In this document: positions 55,170 through 64,000 of the stretch, piece by piece
Layout: every line of letters begins with the position of its first letter
Position numbering within the stretch: the first letter of the stretch is position 1
From: Proteromonas lacertae
Taxonomy: Eukaryota
Direction: 5' to 3'
Assembly: GCA_002245135.1 (NCBI GenBank)
Contig: NGBS01001185.1
Location: forward strand, 1-64,000
Length of the DNA stretch: 64,000 bases
Made by a program: the position numbers and the translations under genes
Notes under the pieces: model-generated
Seen by the model: the letters and a program-made list of their open reading frames with translations, nothing else
What the model was told of the DNA's origin: nothing
The model's database searches: none

Positions 55170-57114
55170 ATGAATACACTATCAGCATGGTTAACTAATT
55201 ACAATTATGATGTATATAGACTGCTTTCTATACATTTTAAAATAGTCGATGAGTGCTAGATTTTATAAGGATAGAATATATAGAATTAAAAATTTAGACG
55301 AAAACTCAAATGAATTATTGAAAATAATTGATGTAAGTGAGTTTGATCCAAAAATAGTATACGAAACAGCATGTGATATGAAAAAAGTAAGTGATTTTAC
55401 TATAGATAGTATAATGAAGTACAAAATTATAGAAATTAATAACAAAGTTATGTATAGAGTAATGAATGAGTGTGAAACTAATTTAGACGAAATAGATACT
55501 AATAAATATTCTAGTGAAAAAGACCCTTATATAGTATTAAATGGAATATTGATGGTATTAAAATGTTTAGATGAAAATGGAATGATTCATAGTAATTTAA
55601 AACCCTCCAATATCTTTGTTAATGATAATAGTGAAGTGATTGTAAATGATTATTGTAATAACTTGTTGTATAAAGGAAGAGAAGAAAAGAAACCATTAAG
55701 AAAAGAAGAAGATATTTGTTATGTTTGTATTGATGAATTACTAAGAAAAGAGTTGGATATAAGTAGTGATATTTGGAATTTTGGATTATTGTTTTATTAT
55801 GTAGTAAGTGGAAAATATCCTTTTGTTAGTTCAAACATGTTTGAAACAATGAAAAACATTTGTGAAGTGAAAATTATTCCACTAGAAGGTGAATATAGTA
55901 ATGAATTAAACTCATTTTTAAGAAAAATATTATGCAAAGAAAAGAAAGATCGTTTAAAATTGAATGAAATAATTTCTGAATTGAAAAGTATATAATAGTA
56001 AAATATCATAAATAGAATTAAATGAAGCACAACTTCCAGTCATTCCATTTGAAGTTGAATATGTTAAGAAAGTTGCTTCATTTTCTGCATGGATGAATAA
56101 CCATAGATATGAAGTAGTATATATATAAATATTTATTTATTGCATTAGTTATCAAATAATGTTATTGATGATAGAATTTGTTTTATTCATGATACAAATG
56201 ATGATTCAAATAGATTATTAAAAGTTTTGCTAGTGAAAGAGTTAGATTCAAAAGTAGTTGATCAAGTTGTGTCAGAAATGAATAGAATGAATAATCTGAA
56301 TATAGATGGTTTAATGAAATACAAAGTGATAGAAAGAGATGAAAATTGTTTATATCGAATAATGAATGAATATAAGATTCATTTAGATGTGATTAATCCT
56401 ATTGGAATATTTTAAAGAGAATGATCCATTTATATGAGATATTGGAATGGAATATTGATGGTATTAAAGAGTTTAAATGAAAATGGAACAATTCACAGTG
56501 ATTTAAAACCATCTAATATCTTTTTGAATAAAGAAAATGAAGTGATTTTGAGTGATTATTGTAATAATTTGCTATACAAAGGAAGAGAAAAAAAGAAACA
56601 ATTAGGAAGAGAGAAAGATATATGTTTTGTTTGTTATGATGAATTATTAGGAAAAGAATTAGATATTTCAAGTGATATTTGGAATTTTGGCTTAATATTT
56701 TATTATATTGTGAGTGGAAAATATCCATTTGTTGGATCAAACTATGTTAGAAACTAATGAAAACATTAGATGAACATGAAATTTATTCCATTAGAAGGAG
56801 AGTATGAAGAAGAATTAAACTCATTTTTAGATGAAATATACAATTTTTATACATCTTCAGTATTTTTCTGTTGTTGTAGGAGTTAGATATATATGTGAAA
56901 ACTTTAGTGCAATACCAAGTGAAAGAACTAGATTGCCAATAACGAAATAAGTGATGATGGAGGACTGACATTATTAAATTATATAAACAACTGCAAAGAA
57001 TTAAAGAAAATATGGTTTGAACAAAATAATATGCTTGATTATAAAGGTTTTAAAAAAAGAATGAAAGAAATTCATCCTAATAAACAGCTATTAATAGATA
57101 AGTATAACGATTGA
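55170..57114 (+). CDS. Tandem atypical kinase-domain protein with a short LRR-like tail (frameshifts in the second half)
   Basis: Two paralogous units (HSNLKPSN/NDYC and HSDLKPSN/SDYC, each with SSDIWNFG). Each begins SAW..N..Y followed by an intron. Confidence 0.75.
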
Positions 57115-57532
57115 ATTTGTTATTTTCTTCTGTTTTTGAGAATTATAACATAAACATATTATTTCTAGGTACATTTAACTGAGAATAACAACTTCGTTGA
57201 TTATCTCTTTCTAAATACAAAAATAATTGTCATTTCTATTGTTATTCGTTTAAAATATTGGCATTAGTGTATTAATTGCATATAATACTTTAAAATGCTA
57301 TAAATTATACCAATATCCTATAATATCACCTCCAAATATTCAAATTTAAAATTGTGTAATTTACAAAATACTTATTCCTATATAAGTGTAATTGACAAAC
57401 AGCAGTTTGATTTTTGTTTTTTTAAATCTGCTACTTCATTCATTGAATCTTTTTAAATTAAACAAAGTTAATAAATACAGTTTGTTAGGAAAGTTTGAAT
57501 TGTCAAAGTAATTCATTAGTTGATAGAATTAA

Positions 57533-60500
57533 ATGACAGTAAGTCTTTGAGTTTATGATTTAAATAGAGTGAAATAATGAATAGTGATTATAAAGTAGTT
57601 CTGGAACATATTTTAAAAGAAGTGAACAGCAGTGAGGCTCTAATCGAAAAATGCCAACAAGTCGTAGAAAAAGTCGTTTTATATCGATCAACACTATCGC
57701 TAGGTAAGGAAGAAAATCGAGTATATATTTAATCTACTAATATAAATAGGTACCAGTGATAGAAAATAGATTAATTGCAGTATATACAGTATTTATAAGT
57801 CAATTAATGCTAAATGATGAGAAGATTCAAACATCGTATATTAAATATCCTGCATTAATAAAACCAACAGGAATAAGGTATATATATATTTTATAATCTT
57901 ATTTTCTTCTTAGTTTTACTCAATTTTTAGAAGTTTTAACAACATTAGTGGAAAGATTAAACCTAAATAAAGGAATCATAACAAATTTAAACCATTATTT
58001 AAACACATTACAGTCAATCGAATCATTTTATGTGAGATTCGAGCAGATCTGGAAATATTTAATGGATAATATCTCATTAAGTGAAGAACCACCTATTAAT
58101 ACCAATGATTTAAAAATGAACAGTAAAATAATGATTTGGAGTATATTTCTATTACAATGGAATATTGAAAGTGGAAATTCATTGGAAGAAATATTCTGTA
58201 TTTTATTATCAACAATAGAGTTTGTATATGAAAACTCAATCTTGTGGAAAAGTATAATTATATATAATTTATAATATATATAGAAGGTGAAGCATATAAA
58301 AGAAATGATTTCTTCAAAATAGTAGGAATTGAATCAAAAGATTTACCAAATATAACAATATACAACAACAAATGTAATAATACCTCAAGCTTCATTCAAG
58401 CCTTAATGAAAGAAAATGTATTAATAGGAAATGGTAGTGAAAAAGATATGAAATCATTGTCGAATATGTTTGTAACAAATTTAAATGAGAATACAGAAAG
58501 AATTATTAATTATTATAATGAAAACCATTTAAAGAGTATCTACGATATAGATGGGTTAATGCTTTTGAAGAAAGATAATAATAATTATATTAACATATAT
58601 ACGCCTATTCCTAATCCATTAACATCATCATCATCAATCAATAATAACAGTAGAAATAACAGCTTACATAAAGAAAGTCCATATAGAAGTTTAAATTTTG
58701 ATTTTTCTAATTCTTCTACTCAATTAATTACACCGATTTCTCCATCTTTTTCATTTGGTCATACACCAACACCATCTGATTTTAAATCAATGTCTTTACC
58801 TCAACAACAACAACAACAATCAAATAATGGTAATAAATATAACCAATTACAGCAATTACAACAACAAGGAAGTGGAATAAATGAAAGAGTTGAATTCCCC
58901 AATATAATAGAAACACCTATTCTAGGATCTATTTCGCTAAGTAAATTATTAAATATTTTAGATGAAATTCCACTATCAGGAAGTAAAGAATTCAATGATT
59001 ATTTAAATGACGCTGGTGAAAGTGAGAATATAAATGCTCATCGACGAATTGAAACAATCATTAGTTTAATCAATAATGAAATAATAAAATGTTTTAAAAG
59101 TCAGAATATTTTGATAGAAAAATCACGAAAAGCTTATGAATATGGTTTGAGACTGTATTATCACTCCTGTAGCAAGATATTTCGAATGGAAAGAGATAGA
59201 GTGAGAGATGTTAACAAGTTTCTAAGTTTAGTAAAAAATGATAATTTTCATCGTAGTTTAATAACAATATGGTATATATATAATTATTATATATAAATAG
59301 TATGGAAGTAATATTTCATCATTATAATCTACAAGAATTAATGTTTCCACGTATTTTAGAATACTTATCAATCGATGCATCTGATTTTATCAAGTTAATG
59401 GATACATTTAATAACAGTGAGCCATCTTTGCCAAGAACAACTATTCAGCATATAGTAGAAATAGAAGAAAAATGTTTACAGATAGAAATATGGAAAGAAA
59501 ATACTACAGTATATAAGAATATAAAGACAGTTTTATGTTATAAAAGAAATCCAGTATAATCTATATATATATATATATATTATTATTATTATTATATTAT
59601 TAAAATAGCTATCATGTGATCCACTACCTTCACATATAATTACATCAATTGATTTATTAATTCGAAAAATCATCACTTATGCTCATCGAAGACTGAATTC
59701 AATATACCAATACTTAAAAATCAAAAGAAATATATTTGCTGAAATCTGGAGTACTTTCTATCACATATTTCAAAATAAAATTGAATTATTTCGTAACCGT
59801 CATATGGATACTATTTTAATTTGTTGTATTTTTGCTGTAGGAAAGAAATTAGACAGAGATAATACTTCTATGGATAATATATGTAATATATACAGAAAAA
59901 TTCATAAAAGAGAAGGAACCAAGCTTTTGGCTTGTATAGAATTAGATAATGAGAATAACAATGGTGATATAATCAAATTTTACAACTCAATTTTCTTAAA
60001 TAAAGAAGTTAAAGAGTATGTCTTAAGATTGAATAATCCAAAATATCAAATGAATGAAAGAACAACAAGTGAAATATCAAATGAGATTTTAAGTCCTCCG
60101 ACTAATAATTACAAGTATATATATTTATATATATTAATTATTTTAAATAGTTCTCCAACTAGACCAGTAATAACAAAACCACCTGATCAACTGTCCAGTG
60201 GTATTTCACAAAATAATAACAATATAAGAAACAATCAAACAGGTTTGCCAATTCATTATACTGGTAATATAAAATATTTGTCCAGTCAATGTCCTACTTA
60301 TTATTTTGATAAATGTAATAATAATAAAGATATTGAATTAATCAATAGGGCTGTTAAACATTCATGTAAATTGTTAGAGTATTATTATTATTTATATAAT
60401 TTAAATAGAAAAAATGTAAAGATTCAATCAAGTGATATTGAACAATCAATTCCTATACCAGAAATCCTTGAAAATACTAGCAATATAATCAAAAGTAATC

Positions 60501-60813
60501 CATCTGCAATATCATCAAGAACAACAACAACAACAACAACTAATTCTATTCCATCTCCACCACCACTTTATACTAATACAACAACAACAACAACATCAAT
60601 AAAGAAAGGAAAAGAGAATAATAATGAAGAAGATGAAGATTATGATGATGATAGTAATAGTAGTAGTGATACAGAAGCTGTTTGTAGTGACAGTGATCGA
60701 GATACAACGATTATTAATGATGATAATGAAGAAGAAAATGATGAAGAGGAAGAAATGAAGAAAATGAACAAGAGGATAAAGAACATGTTAATAAAAAGAG
60801 AAAAACAAAATAA
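57533..60813 (+). CDS. RB1: Retinoblastoma-family pocket protein
   Basis: RB_A motifs FHRSL..MEVI..FPRILE..DFIK..EPSLPR..HIVEIEEK..W and RB_B motifs NRHMDTILICCIFAVGK, GDIIKFYNSIF. The likely true end is ..VNKKRKTK* at 60813 after a 1-nt shift. Confidence 0.88.
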
Positions 60814-61356
60814 ACACACAAGTAATTCAAATAATTTTAATTTTATTTATCTTTATTACAGTTGTTGTTGTTGTTGTTGTTAAATATTTAAAATATATAT
60901 ATTCAAATAAAAAATCAACTGAAATGAGGTAAATGTGATATATACTATAATAAATATGCATTTAATATTAAATAATGTGAAATACCATCACTCAAATTAA
61001 ATCCACTCATAAAATAGATAATTGTACCATACATCACTACTTCTATTAGCTTCATAGAATATTAATTAACAAATACATGATAAATAACATCAAACACCTC
61101 AAATACACAAAAACGGTTATCTGTTGGAATTTCTTCTTCATTTCACTAGATTCTTATCAACACTTCCCATAATAACCATCATAACATCATTTATATTAAA
61201 ATACTTCCGCATCACTTTTTATTTGGATTTTTATGAAAATGAGAATCAAGCCTTGATTATAGTAATTCAAACTATTTTTATATTTTCATTGTTTTTGAGT
61301 AAAAATAAACAGCAACACAATATGAAGAATGAAAATGTAATAAAAATTCATATTAT

Positions 61357-63482
61357 CTAACCTGTTTGATGAGAAACTGATAATAATTCAATTGAAGTGT
61401 TCATCCATACTAATTCAGCATATGGATATAATGGATAAGGTAAATCTTTAACAAGTAAAACAGGAGATGAATCATTATGACTAATCCAAAATTCTCTTTT
61501 ATTCATATCAACTATCACTTCATAAATTGAACCATCTCTATGACTGAAATGAGGATTTGATTTAACAACTCTTCCAATATGACAATCATAAGTAAAATCT
61601 TGACTTTTACCATCACATGCATAATAATTACATGTTGTTGGTTGATTAAAAATATTATCACCAGAATATGTATTATTATTTGATAATCCTAACATTATAC
61701 AATCATTATAACTTCCATTTTGATGAAATTGATATTTGATATGATAAACTCCATTTTCCATTTCCAAATTCAAATAAGAATGATAATAAAAACCATTTGT
61801 ATTACTTATTATTTGTCCATTATTTGATATTGATATTCCATCACTTTTGTTTAATTCTGTGAATGTTATATCAACAAATTCTAATGATATTTTGAATTTC
61901 TTTTCATTTACAATATTCTTACAGATTATTTCATATTTTCTCTTTTTGATTTCTTTATCAACTTTTCCATTAATTATGCCACTTTCTTTATCTATCATTA
62001 AACCATCTGGCAATGAAGGATTGATTGAAAATTCACATCGATTTTCATCAAATGAAGGAATTATTGATATTTCTTCATGTAATCCTAATAAATATTCTGA
62101 TTGAGGATATGAAAATGATGAGATTTCTTTTGTTTTTAATTCTTTCAATAATTCTTTATCTTTCATTATTATAATCATTTCTTCTTCTTCTTCGAAACTC
62201 AGTTTATTCTCTTTTATATATTCTATTAATAATTCTTTAGATTTGGAATTTAGATAATTATCTTCATTCAATATTCTAAAAAGAATCTCTTTTCCACATA
62301 CTTCTTCTATTATTGAAATATCCTTTTTATCATCAACAAACAAACATAAACATTTCATTGTTCGATTTCTTTTATTCTCATTATATTCTATACATAGTCT
62401 TTCCAATAGATTTCTCTTTTCGATATTTGAGATATATTCTATTTAAATATATTTTTAGTATTTATACTTTCCATTTTTACATTTTTATATTTCATTATCA
62501 TCAATACTATTTCCATCATTTTTATATTATTCATTTCTAATATACACATTATTTCATCATTCAATTCTTCTTCTTCCATTCTATCCAATATTCCTCTTTC
62601 TTCTTCATTAAAATCTTCTTCTTTATTATCTTCATTGTAATTGTTGATTATTACATTTTGAATTCTCTCATCTTTTATACAATATATTTCTATATGATTC
62701 TTACTTTCATTTTTCTTCAATTCTATTTTCATTTCTTTCAACATTTCTTTATTCTCTTTTTCTATCTCTTTCTCTTTTATCTTTTCACAATCGATATCTT
62801 CTTCTATCAATTGTTTAAAATCTGCTTTAATATCTTTATTATCATATTCTCATTCTTTTGGAATTTATACCATTCAAATAAACGATTTAATAACCATAAC
62901 TCATTCACGATTATCACATCTTTCATATTTAATATCTCACTCAAATTATTCATTTCTAATCTCAACAAATATTCATTCTTATATAAATATTTATATCCTC
63001 GCTTTTCTATTTCCATATTTTTCAAGTCTTCTATCTCTCTCAAACATCCACCAAATACATTACATATATGAATTAACTTCATTAACACATCTTCATCTAT
63101 ATTATTCTTCAAAAATTCATAACAATCATTTATTATCTCTTTTTCACAATAACATAAACAAAACATCAACACTTCACACACATTCTCTTTACAGATTATC
63201 AGTTCACCACCACTGTAGTATTTCTCCATCTCATAATAACCAATTTCTTCGATTTCTTCATATAACTCCAAAACTCCAACAAACTTACGATCTAACAACA
63301 GTTTCTTGACAGTTTCATTTCCATTCACTAAAATTGACTTGATTGACATTATTCGATTATCTCCAATCTTCACTTCTATATCACCAAAACCACTTTCAAC
63401 CAATTTTCGACATAATCTATCATAAAAATAAATATAAAACATACCCCTCTTCTCTTATGCTTTTATTCACTTTTATTATCAT
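61357..63482 (-). CDS. BTB/BACK + Ig-like (He_PIG-type) + SPRY/B30.2-like protein (frameshifts near 62810 and 62430)
   Basis: GDIEVKIG..YYSGGELII..ENVCEVL (BTB), VNELWLL..WY (BACK), FSINPSLPDGLMIDKESGII (He_PIG-like), IMLGLS..VIVDMNKREFW..LYPYAEL (SPRY-like). Confidence 0.65.
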
Positions 63483-63735
63483 CTTTATGTAAATATATAA
63501 CAAAAATAACGAAATTTGATTTTTATCAAAATTTTGAATAACCCAAAACTTAAAATGTGATTTAATTTAATTGCAGAAGGTGTGATAAAGACAATACTGT
63601 CACTATATTTAAATTTAGTACAGACAATATGTTGTTTGATAGTATAGTAATGCAAAATATATATGTTAGTAATTATAGATATGGAAGAAACGCTAATAAC
63701 ATATATATATAAGAACAAACTATATTAAAGTATAA

Positions 63736-64000
63736 TTAAAATACTACTTCTTTACTTCATCATCCAAACATATTTCTTCCCCTCTATCAAAATATTTCCA
63801 TCCTTTCAATAATTTATTACCCAATATTGTCGCTCCCATCGCATTAGAGCCATCGATTGGAACTATTTCTTGATCTATAAATATACTAGTAGGAAGTAAT
63901 TCTTTTAAAGATTCTTTAATTTTTGGAATTCTACTGCTTCCTCCGACTAAACAAATACCATAAATTTCTTCATTGTTATTCTCATATATTAATTTTTGAA
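63736..64000 (-). CDS. Divergent Hsp70-family ATPase domain, 3' end only
   Basis: ICLVGGSSRIPKIKESL...AMGATILG, then a stop about 23 codons later. The 5' part lies outside the window. Confidence 0.7.

Noticed and set aside
60750..60883. Rb ORF running into (TGT)n, suggesting a Blastocystis-style stop codon made by polyadenylation or a poly-Cys tail
   Set aside because: Adding one A at about 60753 gives NEENEQEDKEHVNKKRKTK* (TAA 60811-60813), a more natural end. A homopolymer error is the simpler explanation.

Overview
Very AT-rich, gene-dense eukaryotic (protist) nuclear DNA using the standard code, with many tiny GT-AG introns (about 25-40 nt), so the ORF track fragments most genes. Tiny introns, an ACH1-type acetate:succinate CoA-transferase, a mitochondrial-type GrpE and an LRRIQ3-like gene suggest a possibly anaerobic, flagellated protist. 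An Opalinata stramenopile such as Proteromonas or Blastocystis is an inference, not proven. Conserved genes: LRRIQ3-like, casein kinase 1, a TPR protein, GrpE, two PH-domain paralogs, ASCT, a retinoblastoma-family protein, a BTB-Ig-SPRY protein and an Hsp70-like fragment. These are mixed with a rearranged accessory compartment: five copies plus one fragment of a pseudokinase-LRR family, two RING/IBR + MYCBP2-type E3 genes with a 1144-bp inverted duplication, a Mutator element with long TIRs and a 9-bp TSD, a TA-flanked MITE, a pogo fragment and an ABCC pseudogene. Most notable: (1) two 67-68 nt introns that appear to have AT-AA termini with U12-like donor and branch signals; (2) a mosaic, exon-modular pseudokinase-LRR family; (3) an RBR-like RING1-IBR fused to a RING-Cys-relay module. 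Several frameshifts look like homopolymer consensus errors, so pseudogene calls are cautious. All gene models were assembled by eye.
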